Assembly: GCF_000284455.1 (NCBI RefSeq)
Contig: NC_017039.1
Coordinates: forward strand, 3,360,001 to 3,392,000
Source: Synechocystis sp. PCC 6803 substr. PCC-P
GTDB taxonomy: Bacteria > Cyanobacteriota > Cyanobacteriia > Cyanobacteriales > Microcystaceae
Length of the DNA: 32,000 nt
Reading direction: 5' to 3'
Shown: positions 1-9,978 of the stretch, piece after piece
Layout: every line of letters starts with the position of its first letter
Position numbering within the stretch: position 1 is the stretch's first letter
Notes under the pieces: generated by a model
Told to the model about the DNA's origin: nothing
Seen by the model: only the letters and a program-made list of their open reading frames with translations
Databases searched by the model: none
Translations under genes and position numbers: made by a program

Positions 1-993
1 ATTTCCACCGTCAGTCGTCTCTTAAAAACGGCGATCGCCAGTGGGGAATATGAAACCTTAGTGCAGGAAAAAAGGGGCAGTAAGGGAATTAAAAATGATG
101 CCCAGTTGACGTTGCCGTTGCCCAAGCCATCTAGGAAAAAGTTGGAAGTGGCAGAAACCAATCTCCCTGGGGATGCCGTGGCGGAGGTGGCCCCTGTTGC
201 TGGGCCGAATCATCAAGACAGAGAGACTAATGAAACTAATGCTAGTGGCCAGGGCAGAAGGGTGCGTTCCCGTCGTCGAGTCACCGCCAGCCCCGTTGCC
301 CCAGAGCCTGGGGAGTTTACCGATGCGGAAAAAACCATTGATCCGCCGGCGATCGCCATCCCCTCCCTAGCCCAGCCCGATCCAACAGGATTTGGTGATA
401 TCCCAACCACCATGTCAGTGGCAAAAACTGAAGTACCGCCCGATGCCCCCATGGGGCGACGCCCCCAGATTGTTTCAATTAAATCTTCCGCCCTAGATGA
501 AATTGTCAAGGACATAGACGAGGACTTGGGTTTACTGGATGGCGAAGATATCGATGACCTTGACGACGAAGACGATGATGATGAGTTTGAAGATGAATTA
601 GACGATTTCGACGAAGACCAAGGGGAAGAGGATTATATTCCCACCCCAGTGGCCACCAAACAAACCCTAGCAAACACCGCAGAGCTAGTTTCAATTTTGC
701 CCCTAATAGAAGCTTCTATGCCCAAAAACTGCTACCTAGTGGTGGACAGAAGGGGGGAATTGATTGTCCGTCCCCTGAAGGAATTTAGTCTTGATGGGGC
801 CTTACCCCCCGAAGAAGTCCAGGCAAAAACCCTACCTGTTTTTGATAACCATCGGGTGGCCCGGCGCTTTTCCCTCAAAACCCAAAAGGTAATTCGTCTG
901 CCCGACGCTAGCATTGTCCAAAAAACCGCCCAGGCACTCAAATCCAAGGGGATTACCAGGGTGTTCCTCGGCGGCCAGGTTTATTCCCTTTAA
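1..993 (+). CDS. Hypothetical protein, C-terminal part (5' end outside the window). It has a disordered Pro/basic region, a poly-Asp/Glu tract and a C-terminal domain of about 100 aa.
   Basis: Frame 1 is open from nt 1: ISTVSRLLKTAIASGEYETL precedes the GTG at 61. Stop is at 991-993. The acidic tract DIDEDLGLLDGEDIDDLDDEDDDDEFEDELDDFDEDQGEEDY lies at nt 511-633. No family recognised. Confidence 0.55.
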   Translation: MSTVSRLLKTAIASGEYETLVQEKRGSKGIKNDAQLTLPLPKPSRKKLEVAETNLPGDAVAEVAPVAGPNHQDRETNETNASGQGRRVRSRRRVTASPVAPEPGEFTDAEKTIDPPAIAIPSLAQPDPTGFGDIPTTMSVAKTEVPPDAPMGRRPQIVSIKSSALDEIVKDIDEDLGLLDGEDIDDLDDEDDDDEFEDELDDFDEDQGEEDYIPTPVATKQTLANTAELVSILPLIEASMPKNCYLVVDRRGELIVRPLKEFSLDGALPPEEVQAKTLPVFDNHRVARRFSLKTQKVIRLPDASIVQKTAQALKSKGITRVFLGGQVYSL

Positions 994-1092
994 CTAAGCC
1001 GTTGAAGTTAAAACTTTCGACCTACTGCTAACAGCGTTGACAGCTTGATTGCTACAGGCGTTTGGCCCAAAGGACTAGGCAACCCCCAAACA

Positions 1093-3624
1093 TCAGGAAA
1101 AATGTTGGTAGGACTCCTCCTGGGCGTCACTAATAAAATTCAAGACCTGGGCTTGGTAGTAACGTAATTTCTCATCTACCCAATGGCGGTCTTCACTGTT
1201 GGCATAGATGTGGACCAGGGGCTCCCCCGCATCGGGCAAAATCAATACCCAGTTGTCTCCATGGGGAAAAGTCATTTTAACCCCGTCTACCAGTTCAATA
1301 TGTTGATCCCGATGAATTTCCACCAAATGGCGCATCAGGGCCCCTTTAATTTTCCAAGAACAACGGACACTACAACTGTTATGGTAAACCGTCGGCAATT
1401 CTGAGCGAATTTCCCCCAGGGTGCGTTTTTGGACAGTCAGCATTTCCATTACTTTGGCAATGCAAAACATGGCATCAAAGCCTGGGTGGAGGCGAGGAAA
1501 AATAAAGCCAGTTTCTCCACTACCGCCCAAAACCACGTTATGGCTCGATTGGGCGGCGGCCATCAATGCAGTGGGGTTAGCCTTGGTTCTCAAAACTTTA
1601 CCCCCATGGCGACGGGCCAAATGCTCCACCGCACTGGAAGCCTGTACTGGCACCACAATGGTTCCCCTGGGAGAAGCAGTTAACACCATATGCACCATCA
1701 AAGCTGTTAGCAGTTCCCCCCGGATGGGTAGGCCCCCTTCGTCCACCAGGGTGAGTTGTTCGCCATTAGCGGAAACCTGCACCCCCAAATTGGCCTGTAG
1801 GGCCGATACCACTTGTCCCAATTGACTAAGTAAGACTTCTTTTTCTTCATTGGAAACGGCGGTTTGTCGTAGACTGGCATTGAGCACCACTGCGTCGCAG
1901 CCGAATTTGGTCAACAGTAGGGGCAGAATGGCCCCAGACACTCCATAGGCGTAGTCAATAACAATTTTGGCCCCATCGTTGTTGATGATGTCCATGTCTA
2001 GGAGTTTTTCAAAGGTGTGGCAATAGGTTTCCAACACCTGGGCCGGATAGGACATGTCGCCAATTTGGGGAATGCTTACCCGCCGTAAATCTTCCTTGAA
2101 ATAGGCTCCTTCAATTTTTTTTTCGGTTTTTTTGGAAATATTGATACCCTGGCTATCCAGAAATTCAATCAGTAGGTAATCTGGGCGATCGGGATGGATA
2201 CGCACATGGATGCCGCCGGCCACTTTTAACTTCGGAGTCATGGTGCGAGCAATGGGGATCGCTGTGGCTTCCAGGTTTTGAATATTTACCCCCACCGACA
2301 TCAGGCCAGCAATGAGGGAACGGGTGACCATGCGGGAGACATTGCGTTGATCGCGGGAAACGACAATTTCTGCTCCGGGCCTGAGGGAAGAACCGTAGGC
2401 AGCCCCCAATTTGACAGCAAACTCCGGCGTCATATCAATGTTGACAATGCCGGAAACACCTCTCTGTCCGAATAGGTTGCGGTGGCCGGTGCTGCCCCAA
2501 ATTAAATTAATGTTGAGAATGGCTCCCGGTTCCACCCGTTTACTGGGCCAAACTTTAACATTTGAGTTGATTTGGGCTTCTTCGCCAATGATGGATAGGG
2601 GACCAATGACTGCCCCTTCCAGGACCTGTACCCGTCTTTCTATGCGACAGCCCCGCCCCACTACACAGGCAGCTAGATAGGCTTCATCACCAATGAGTAC
2701 GCCATTCCAAACAATGGCTCGCTTTAATTCTGCTCCAGCGCCAATGGTGACGTTATCGCCAATGATGGTGCCCGCTTCCAATTTAGTTCCTGAACCGATG
2801 TTGCAGTTATCCCCGATCGCCAGAGGGGGAGTGAGAATAGCAGTGGGGTCAATGGTGGTGTTTTCCCCGATCCAAATGTCCGAGTGCCGGGGTAGGTTAC
2901 CCAATTCCAGCGTGACTTTTTTTTCTAGGGCATCGTATTGGGCTTCCCGATAGGCGTCCAAATTACCGACATCGCACCAGTAACCATCGGCGACAAAACC
3001 ATACATGGGTTCGTCATTTTCCAGCAGGAGGGGAAATAAATCCTTGGAAAAATCCATTTCTTCCTTGGGGGGCAGATAGGCCAAAACTTCCGGTTCGAGG
3101 ATATAGGTGCCCGTGTTGACGGTGTCGGAAAAAACTTCACTGGTGGAGGGCTTTTCTAAAAATCTTTGCACCCGTTGGTTTTCGTCGGTGATGACCACGC
3201 CAAATTCCAGGGGGTTGGGAACCTTGGTCAAAATCAGGGTCGCCTTGGCTTGTTTTTGTTTGTGGAAGGCGATCGCCTGGGTGAGATTAAAATCGGTGAT
3301 GCTATCCCCACTAATTACCAAAAAAGTATCATCCAATAACTCTTCAATGTTCTTTACACAACCCGCCGTACCGAGGGGATGCTCGTCCTCCACTGCATAG
3401 GTCATCTGAACACCAAATTCACTGCCATCAAGGAAATAGTCCCGCATGGCATCAGGGAGGTAGTGGAGGGTGGCCACCACCTCAGTAATGTTATGGCGAC
3501 GGAGCAAATGGATAATATGGGCGGCGATCGGTTGATTAACAATGGGCACCATGGGCTTGGGCAGATCGCAAGTCAGGGGTCTCAAACGGGTGCCTGCCCC
3601 CCCTGCCATCAACACAGCTCGCAT
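1093..3624 (-). CDS. Sugar-1-phosphate nucleotidyltransferase (mannose-1-P guanylyltransferase-like) fused to a left-handed beta-helix region and a phosphoglucomutase/phosphomannomutase-like C-terminal half
   Basis: 843-aa ORF. The N-terminus [27 protein letters not shown] carries the GGxGTRL nucleotidyltransferase signature. Hexapeptide-repeat-like stretches ([31 protein letters not shown]) follow. The C-terminal approx. 450 aa have PGM/PMM four-domain-like spacing, with [11 protein letters not shown] as the sugar-loop equivalent. Confidence 0.85.
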   Translation of the reverse strand: MRAVLMAGGAGTRLRPLTCDLPKPMVPIVNQPIAAHIIHLLRRHNITEVVATLHYLPDAMRDYFLDGSEFGVQMTYAVEDEHPLGTAGCVKNIEELLDDTFLVISGDSITDFNLTQAIAFHKQKQAKATLILTKVPNPLEFGVVITDENQRVQRFLEKPSTSEVFSDTVNTGTYILEPEVLAYLPPKEEMDFSKDLFPLLLENDEPMYGFVADGYWCDVGNLDAYREAQYDALEKKVTLELGNLPRHSDIWIGENTTIDPTAILTPPLAIGDNCNIGSGTKLEAGTIIGDNVTIGAGAELKRAIVWNGVLIGDEAYLAACVVGRGCRIERRVQVLEGAVIGPLSIIGEEAQINSNVKVWPSKRVEPGAILNINLIWGSTGHRNLFGQRGVSGIVNIDMTPEFAVKLGAAYGSSLRPGAEIVVSRDQRNVSRMVTRSLIAGLMSVGVNIQNLEATAIPIARTMTPKLKVAGGIHVRIHPDRPDYLLIEFLDSQGINISKKTEKKIEGAYFKEDLRRVSIPQIGDMSYPAQVLETYCHTFEKLLDMDIINNDGAKIVIDYAYGVSGAILPLLLTKFGCDAVVLNASLRQTAVSNEEKEVLLSQLGQVVSALQANLGVQVSANGEQLTLVDEGGLPIRGELLTALMVHMVLTASPRGTIVVPVQASSAVEHLARRHGGKVLRTKANPTALMAAAQSSHNVVLGGSGETGFIFPRLHPGFDAMFCIAKVMEMLTVQKRTLGEIRSELPTVYHNSCSVRCSWKIKGALMRHLVEIHRDQHIELVDGVKMTFPHGDNWVLILPDAGEPLVHIYANSEDRHWVDEKLRYYQAQVLNFISDAQEESYQHFS

Positions 3625-3770
3625 TCCTTTACCTCAGTGACGAATTTCTGTTCCCATCTTAAGGTAAACCATTGACTATGACTGGTGGGGGGACGATCTC
3701 CCTGTGGCCAAGGAATCCTCCGTTCCTCCCTATTTTGGGACCATCGATTTAAATAATTGACCCCAGTCTT

Positions 3771-4964
3771 TTACAGCGCTGGTACCTGGGCGGCGATCGC
3801 CTGGCCAATTTCTAAGGAAGCGGTGGCCGCTGGGGAAGGAGCATTGAGCACCTGGAGAGAATTAGGACCGGGGACAATCAGAAAATCCTCCACCAAAGCC
3901 CCATCATTTTTCAAAGCCTGGGCCCTCACCCCCGCTGGATTGGGAAGAATATCGTCCGCTGTCACTTCCGGAATTAATTCCTGTAAACTCCGCACAAAGG
4001 CCGCCTTACTAAAGGAGCGAATAACTTCCTGTAAGCCTTCTTGCCAATGTTTACCCACCAACTTCCAAAAGCCAGCATAGGCCATCACTTCGGTAAAATC
4101 TCCCCAATCAAAATCCGTTTTGCGATAACCTTCCCGTTTCAAACTCAGCACCGCATTGGGGCCAGCGTGGATACTGCCATCAATCATGCGGGTGAAATGC
4201 ACCCCTAAAAAGGGAAAAGCCGGATTAGGTACCGGGTAAATTAAACCTTTGACTAAATATCTTTTCTCTGGCTTCAACTCATAATATTCTCCCCGAAAAG
4301 GCACAATTTTAGCATCGGGGTTAATGCCCGCCATTTTGGCCAGGCGATCGCTCTGGAGACCACCACAATTGATCAGAAAACGACTAAAAAAATTCCCCTG
4401 GTTAGTGATCAAACTATGTCCGTTAGCCTGGGTAACAATGCCATTGACTCGATGGTTAAACTTAATTTCCCCTCCCTGGACCTGAATTAGTTCCGCATAT
4501 TTTTGACAAACCAGTTTGTAATTAACAATGCCAGAGGTGAATACATGAATTCCTCCCAAACATTGCACATGGGGTTCGTATTCCTTAACTTGTTCTGCAC
4601 TAAGTTTTTTAACTTTTAAGCCATTGGCTTGACCCCGGTTAAATAAATTTTCTAATAACGGTAATTCCTCAGGTTTAGTAGCTACAATGACTTTGCCACA
4701 AACCTCGTAGGGTAAGGCGTGCTCTTGGCAAAATTCCACCATGCTCTGGTTACCAGCTTTAGTGAACTGGGCCTTAAAGCTGCCAGGTTTGTAGTAAATA
4801 CCAGAGTGAATGACACCGCTATTGTGCCCCGTTTGATGGTGGGCTGGGTCCGCTTCTTTTTCTAAAATCAACAATTTGTATTGGGGAAAGCGGCGACCAA
4901 TAAATAACCCCGTGGCCAAACCGACAATGCCACCGCCGATAATTGTGATGTCATAGGAAGCCAT
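3771..4964 (-). CDS. lhgO: L-2-hydroxyglutarate oxidase/dehydrogenase (FAD-dependent)
   Basis: 397-aa ORF. It has an N-terminal FAD Rossmann motif (DITIIGGGIVGLATG). Blocks HQTGHNSGVIHSGIYYKPGSFKAQF, FRGEYYELKPE, PFLGVHFTRMIDGSIHAGPNAVLSLKREGYRK and NAPSPAATASL closely match my memory of E. coli LhgO (YgaF). Confidence 0.85.
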   Translation of the reverse strand: MASYDITIIGGGIVGLATGLFIGRRFPQYKLLILEKEADPAHHQTGHNSGVIHSGIYYKPGSFKAQFTKAGNQSMVEFCQEHALPYEVCGKVIVATKPEELPLLENLFNRGQANGLKVKKLSAEQVKEYEPHVQCLGGIHVFTSGIVNYKLVCQKYAELIQVQGGEIKFNHRVNGIVTQANGHSLITNQGNFFSRFLINCGGLQSDRLAKMAGINPDAKIVPFRGEYYELKPEKRYLVKGLIYPVPNPAFPFLGVHFTRMIDGSIHAGPNAVLSLKREGYRKTDFDWGDFTEVMAYAGFWKLVGKHWQEGLQEVIRSFSKAAFVRSLQELIPEVTADDILPNPAGVRAQALKNDGALVEDFLIVPGPNSLQVLNAPSPAATASLEIGQAIAAQVPAL

Positions 4965-5118
4965 TTTTGCCCCACTCCTTGGAAAAATTACCAGCTAATT
5001 ATCGTAGCTGTACAATGCCGCCCTGTGGGAGATGATCACAAATTCCCGCCGTTGGCCGCAAATCCTCTGGACGAAATTTTTCCTTTAACCACAAAGGGAT
5101 TTTCGGGGAACAAGTTTA

Positions 5119-5192
5119 TGGACGTAACTGGATTCGAACCAGTGACCCCATCGATGTCAACGATGTACTCTAACCAACTGAGCTATACGTCC
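5119..5192 (-). tRNA. trnV: tRNA-Val (anticodon GAC), CCA not encoded
   Basis: The reverse complement reads GGACGTA-TA-GCTC-AGTTGGTTA-GAGT-A-CATCG-TTGACAT-CGATG-GGGTC-ACTGG-TTCGAAT-CCAGT-TACGTCC-A. The acceptor, anticodon and T stems are fully paired. The T loop is the canonical TTCGAAT. The anticodon loop is TT-GAC-AT. Confidence 0.95.
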
Positions 5193-5243
5193 TAGCAATT
5201 TAGTAATATAGCATGGCTCCATTTAAATTAACAATTGCTCCCC

Positions 5244-6116
5244 ATGCCTTCCATCACCGGTAAAACTAAGCTCCTTGGTGTGATCGGTTATCCTGTTGGT
5301 CATTCCTTATCCCCTGTGATGCATAATGCGGCGCTCCAGGCCATGGCCAGTGATTATGCATATGTTGCCTTTCCCATTGCTCCAGAGGATTTAACCATCG
5401 CCATAGCAGGGTTAGGAGCCAGTGGAGTCCAGGGATTAAGCGTGACCATTCCCCATAAGCAAGTGGTGATGCCATTGTTGACCCAGATAACCGAAACCGC
5501 TCGGCAAGTGGGGGCCGTGAATACTCTCTGGCGGGATGGCCATGGCTGGCAGGGAACCAATACGGATGTTGAGGGTTTTTTGGCTCCCTTGTTGGAGTTA
5601 AAGCAAGATTGGTCAGGGAGGACGGCGGTGATTCTCGGCTATGGTGGAGCCGCGCGGGCCGTGGTGGTGGGTTTAACCCAATTGGGTTGTCCAGAAATTA
5701 TTGTGGTGGGTCGCAGTCAAGAAAAATTAGCTCAGTTCGCCAACAGTTGGACGGACCCCAAAATTAAGCAAGCTCTGCAAGTTCTACCCTGGGAAGCTCT
5801 ATCTACCGTGATCCCCAAAGCAAGTTTATTGATTAACAGCACCCCCGTGGGCATGGCTCCCCACCCTAAGCAATCCCCCCTGGATCAATCCCTTGTGGAA
5901 AAACTACCGCCAACGGCGATCGCCTATGATTTGATTTATACTCCCCGCCCCACCAGGTTTTTACAACATGCTCAGGAGCGGGGTCTAGTGACCATTGATG
6001 GAGCAGAAATGCTAGTGCAACAGGGAGCCGCCGCCTTGAAAATTTGGCTACAACAGGAAGTGCCGGTGGACGTTATGCGCCAAGCCCTACTCCATCACTT
6101 AGAAAAATCTGCCTGA
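5244..6116 (+). CDS. aroE: Shikimate 5-dehydrogenase
   Basis: The ORF is open from TTG at 5235; the first ATG is at 5244. LLGVIGYPVGHSLSPVMHNAA is the AroE N-terminal signature. SVTIPHK and GTNTDVEGF are also present, plus the NADP-binding GYGGAARAV loop. Confidence 0.9.
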   Translation: MPSITGKTKLLGVIGYPVGHSLSPVMHNAALQAMASDYAYVAFPIAPEDLTIAIAGLGASGVQGLSVTIPHKQVVMPLLTQITETARQVGAVNTLWRDGHGWQGTNTDVEGFLAPLLELKQDWSGRTAVILGYGGAARAVVVGLTQLGCPEIIVVGRSQEKLAQFANSWTDPKIKQALQVLPWEALSTVIPKASLLINSTPVGMAPHPKQSPLDQSLVEKLPPTAIAYDLIYTPRPTRFLQHAQERGLVTIDGAEMLVQQGAAALKIWLQQEVPVDVMRQALLHHLEKSA

Positions 6117-6242
6117 TGACCCATTGGTAAGGGTTTTGGATAATTCTGCCCACCAAGGAAAACCGGAGAAATGTTCCTTGGGGTTGCGGGAAAACATTAT
6201 ATTGAGAATGTTTAAACTTGCCCCTGCCGAAACAAAGCCGTC

Positions 6243-7448
6243 ATGATTCACCATCCCCCCGCTGGGGCTAGGGATTTATTGCCCCTGGAAGTCGCCCAGA
6301 AAGCTCGCATTAATGACCAATTGCAACAAACCTTTCATCGTTGGGGCTATCAGCGCATTGTTACCTCCACCCTGGAATGGCTGGATACCCTAGTGGCCGG
6401 TGGGGCAATTTCGGCTAATAACGTGATTCAACTCCAAGACAGTGGCGAGGGACGGTTGGGGTTACGGCCAGAATTAACCGCATCCATTGCCCGGGCAGTC
6501 GTGACCCGCATGACTGACAATCAGCCCCAAAGATTGTGTTACCGGGCCAACGTCTTTCGTAATCCTCCGGAGGGCTACCACGGTAAGCAAATGGAGTTTT
6601 TCCAAGCGGGCATAGAATTGCTCTTTGCTGGGGGCGTCCGGGCCGATGCAGAAATTCTCCTACTGTTGACGGATTGCCTGACCCAATTGGGTTTAAGCGA
6701 TTGGCAATTGATTTTGGGTGATGCCGGTCTGACCAGAAGCCTATTGGCCAAATTACCCCCCACTCTCCAAGCCACTGTGCGGGATTGCATCACCCGTTTG
6801 GACTATGTAGAACTTTCCCAACTCCCCTATCCTGACAATGAAGCTAAAAATCTTGCTTTGCAACTGTTTGACCTGCGGGGCACAGTGGAGGAAGTTTTGG
6901 CCAGACTGGGCAAGTTAGATTTACAGGGGGAATGTCTGGGTCTGGTCGATCGCCTGCAGGCGTTGTTGTGCCTAGTGGCGGCCAGTGGAGATGGGCCCGC
7001 TAATCTGGTATTGGACTTGAGTTGGCTCCAGCCGTTTGATTACTACACTGGCATGGTTTTCCAAGCGGTGAGTCGCCAGGCCGATAACTGTTATGTGTTG
7101 GGCCAGGGGGGGCGTTATGACCAACTGCTCAGCCAATATCATCCCCAACAGCAGTCTTTTCCTGGTACGGGATTTTCTTTGAACATTGAGGAGCTACACC
7201 AATGTTTGCTTGAATTGGGGACTTTACCCACCAGTACCGCCCCCATCGATTATCTAGTTTGTCCAGTGGATGACACCGCCGAAGGAGCAACCTTTCGCCA
7301 TGCCCAACAGTTGCGCCGCCAGCATCCCGATCGCCGGGTAGAATTGGACCTAGGGGGGCGATCGCCGGAGGAGTTAAATACCTATGCCCAAGCCATGGCT
7401 GTGGGACAAATTGTCTGGGTTGGGGCCGATGGCCCGGTTGATCTGTAA
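6243..7448 (+). CDS. hisZ: ATP phosphoribosyltransferase regulatory subunit (HisRS-like paralog without an anticodon-binding domain)
   Basis: 401 aa. The N-terminus PAGARDLLPLEVAQKARINDQLQQTFHRWGYQRIVTSTLEWLD is class-II HisRS core-like. At about 400 aa it is too short for a full HisS and lacks a recognisable C-terminal anticodon-binding domain. Confidence 0.75.
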   Translation: MIHHPPAGARDLLPLEVAQKARINDQLQQTFHRWGYQRIVTSTLEWLDTLVAGGAISANNVIQLQDSGEGRLGLRPELTASIARAVVTRMTDNQPQRLCYRANVFRNPPEGYHGKQMEFFQAGIELLFAGGVRADAEILLLLTDCLTQLGLSDWQLILGDAGLTRSLLAKLPPTLQATVRDCITRLDYVELSQLPYPDNEAKNLALQLFDLRGTVEEVLARLGKLDLQGECLGLVDRLQALLCLVAASGDGPANLVLDLSWLQPFDYYTGMVFQAVSRQADNCYVLGQGGRYDQLLSQYHPQQQSFPGTGFSLNIEELHQCLLELGTLPTSTAPIDYLVCPVDDTAEGATFRHAQQLRRQHPDRRVELDLGGRSPEELNTYAQAMAVGQIVWVGADGPVDL

Positions 7449-7525
7449 TGCTGAAGGGAAAGGACAAAGACAACCCCGTTGCAGTTCCCAGGTAAAATTT
7501 CCAGTTCCAATTTCCAGGTGATGTC

Positions 7526-7855
7526 ATGGCTAATTTGTTCAACTGGCTTCCCCTCCTCAGTGGCCGCCAAGCGGATGGGATCAAAGCCAAAGTGGAAATA
7601 TATACTTGGCAAACTTGCCCTTTTTGCATCCGGGCGAAACTTTTACTGTGGTGGAAGGGAGTTAAGTTTATCGAGTACAAAATTGACGGCGATGACCAAG
7701 CCAGACAGGCCATGGCGGCAAGGGCAGAAGGAAGACGCACTGTGCCCCAAATTTTTGTCAATGACCAGGGCATTGGTGGCTGTGACCAACTGTATGGCCT
7801 GGACAGCCGCGGCCAGTTAGACCCCCTGTTGGCCACTCCTCCTAACCCAGCCTAG
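7526..7855 (+). CDS. grxC: Glutaredoxin (dithiol CPFC type)
   Basis: 109 aa. It has the CPFC active site in VEIYTWQTCPFCIRAKLLL, followed by TVPQIFVNDQGIGGCDQL (glutaredoxin TVP and GG motifs). Confidence 0.9.
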   Translation: MANLFNWLPLLSGRQADGIKAKVEIYTWQTCPFCIRAKLLLWWKGVKFIEYKIDGDDQARQAMAARAEGRRTVPQIFVNDQGIGGCDQLYGLDSRGQLDPLLATPPNPA

Positions 7856-7885
7856 GTATTATTTGTCCCTGTCCTGTTTTCCCCT

Positions 7886-8773
7886 GTGCCCGTGAATTCC
7901 CCAGCCCCCTGGCAAACCATTGCCCAACAAATCAGTCAGACCACTGGTCAACCCTTCCGTATTCAGGAACGGCGATCGGTGAGTGGTGGTTGTATTAATC
8001 AGGGCTATTGCCTGGTGGATGGGGAGCAAAAATATTTTGTCAAACTTAATCAAGCCCAGCAGTGGCAGATGTTTCAAGCGGAAGCCCTCGGGTTAGAAGC
8101 CATGGCGGCCACCCAAACCATTCGGGTTCCCCGTCCCATTTGCCACGGCAGTTCCGCTGGCCATAGTTATCTGGTGTTGGAATGGCTCGAGTTTGGCCGG
8201 GGTAACCATGACAGTTGGTACCGCATGGGACAAAATTTGGCGGCATTGCATCAAGCCGGGGGCAGTGCCCAATTTGGTTGGCAGACTGATAACACCATTG
8301 GAGCCACTCCCCAGCCCAATCCCTGGACCGATAGTTGGGCCGACTTTTTTGCGGAGCATCGCCTTGGCTATCAACTGGCCCTTGCTCGACGACGGGCAGG
8401 GAACTTTCCCGATCCCGCCGTAGTAGTTCCCAAAGTGAAGCAGCTGTTAGGCGATCGCCAACCGACACCAGCTTTAGTCCATGGGGATCTGTGGTCTGGC
8501 AATGGCGCAATTTTAACCACAGGGGAACCAGTCATCCTCGACCCGGCCACCTACTACGGCGATGGGGAAGTGGATCTGGCTATGACGGAATTATTTGGGG
8601 GATTTCCGGCGGCTTTTTACCAGGGTTACCATAGCATCAGTCCCGCGGAACCTGGTTATCAACAACGGAAAATTCTCTACAATCTGTACCACATTCTCAA
8701 CCACTTCAATTTGTTTGGGGGTGGTTATCAACAGCAAGCCCAGCAAATGCTTAAACAATGCTTAAGGATTTAA
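7886..8773 (+). CDS. Fructosamine/ketosamine kinase family protein (aminoglycoside-phosphotransferase-like fold)
   Basis: 295 aa with a GTG start. HGDLWSGN and the downstream DPATYYGDGEVDLAMT are typical catalytic and Mg-binding motifs of the fructosamine-3-kinase family. The N-terminal FVKLN is also present. Confidence 0.8.
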   Translation: MPVNSPAPWQTIAQQISQTTGQPFRIQERRSVSGGCINQGYCLVDGEQKYFVKLNQAQQWQMFQAEALGLEAMAATQTIRVPRPICHGSSAGHSYLVLEWLEFGRGNHDSWYRMGQNLAALHQAGGSAQFGWQTDNTIGATPQPNPWTDSWADFFAEHRLGYQLALARRRAGNFPDPAVVVPKVKQLLGDRQPTPALVHGDLWSGNGAILTTGEPVILDPATYYGDGEVDLAMTELFGGFPAAFYQGYHSISPAEPGYQQRKILYNLYHILNHFNLFGGGYQQQAQQMLKQCLRI

Positions 8774-9073
8774 TTGAAGAATTGTTGACTTTTTCTACAT
8801 GTTATTGTTCGGATTTTAGATTAATCCTATAATTAGCGTGGGTTCCTATGCCATATCTTCCCGTTGCTGGTAATTCCAACGCAAGCTAGTTGCCCAGCCA
8901 GAGCAGGGGAGAGGATGATGCCCAAACCTAAACAAAGCTTATTTTCATTAGCATTGCCTAGGGCATCGGTTGGCAGAAAGTTTTTATTTTTTCCAATTTT
9001 CTCCATGTATTTGCTGATGTAGGCAGAGTCCAACCATCGGTAAAGTTGATTAGAGTCGCCCAAACCTAAAACC

Positions 9074-9850
9074 ATGACCAATGCCACCAGCGAAAGCCTC
9101 AAACTTGAGACTCTGAGACTGTTCAAAATCTACGCAGAGTCCCACGATATTGGCGTGCGTAATCGGATTATGGAAGTCAATCTGGGTCTGGTGAGAAAGG
9201 AAGCGCACCATTGGACGGCCCAGTGCAATGAAAGTTTTGAGGATTTGTCCCAGGTGGGGTGTTTGGGTCTGATCCGAGCCATTGAACGGTTTGATGTGAG
9301 TAAGGGCAATGCCTTTAGCTCCTTTGCCATTCCCTATGTGCGGGGAGAAATCCAGCATTTTCTGCGGGATAAAAGTAACTGTGTTCGTATTCCCCGGCGT
9401 TGGTTAGATTTGGGTCGTCAGGCGATCGCCGTCCAGCAGGAATTTCGCCTCAAATATGACCGGGCGGCCACGGACGAGGAAATTGCACAAATTTTAGCAG
9501 TGCCCCTGGCGGACTGGCAGGAAACCAAACTGGCGCTGCAGAATCGTGAACTGGTGAGTTTGGACACCAAGGTAAATGGCGACGATGAAGGACAAGTTAA
9601 TCTGGGGGATTGTTTAGCCCACCACGAATTCCGTAGTTTTCAACTCAGCCAGGAAGATCAAATCCGTCTGCAACAGGCCTTAGCCGGTTTGGAAGAACGT
9701 ACCCGCCGCATTGTGGAATTTGTTTTTCTCCACGACTTTACCCACAAGGAAGCCGCCGAAATGATGGGGGTTAGTGTGATTACCGTTTCCCGTCGCATTA
9801 AACAGGGCATTGGGGCTCTGAAAAAAGCCTTAAATACGGAAATTTTTTAA
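9074..9850 (+). CDS. sigF: Group 3 (SigF/SigB-type) RNA polymerase sigma factor
   Basis: 258 aa. Sigma-70 region 2 is visible (EDLSQVGCLGLIRAIERFDVSKGNAFSSFAIPYVRGEIQHFLRD). Region 4.2 has an HTH (THKEAAEMMGVSVITVSRRIKQGIGALKKAL). The small size and missing region 1.1 fit a group 3 sigma. The neighbourhood matches my recollection of Synechocystis sigF. Confidence 0.85.
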   Translation: MTNATSESLKLETLRLFKIYAESHDIGVRNRIMEVNLGLVRKEAHHWTAQCNESFEDLSQVGCLGLIRAIERFDVSKGNAFSSFAIPYVRGEIQHFLRDKSNCVRIPRRWLDLGRQAIAVQQEFRLKYDRAATDEEIAQILAVPLADWQETKLALQNRELVSLDTKVNGDDEGQVNLGDCLAHHEFRSFQLSQEDQIRLQQALAGLEERTRRIVEFVFLHDFTHKEAAEMMGVSVITVSRRIKQGIGALKKALNTEIF

Positions 9851-9978
9851 CTGTTTAGAGTCTATCTCCAGTAGTAAGTAGCAAAAATTCAGCCAAGGTC
9901 GGCGATCGCCCTGGTAGTATGGCAAATGGAGCTTTATGTCTAACTTTTCCATTTTGTTTTGAGCCATTGTGTTAACCT

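Noticed and set aside
1183-3675. Multiple 65-134 aa plus-strand ORFs inside the 843-aa gene
   Set aside because: All lie antisense to, or nested within, a long ORF that carries nucleotidyltransferase and PGM/PMM-like signatures throughout.
7129-7836. 235-aa minus-strand ORF spanning the hisZ 3' end and grxC
   Set aside because: It lies antisense to two genes with clear family motifs. Its S/R/W/P-rich composition is typical of a shadow ORF in a GC-balanced genome.
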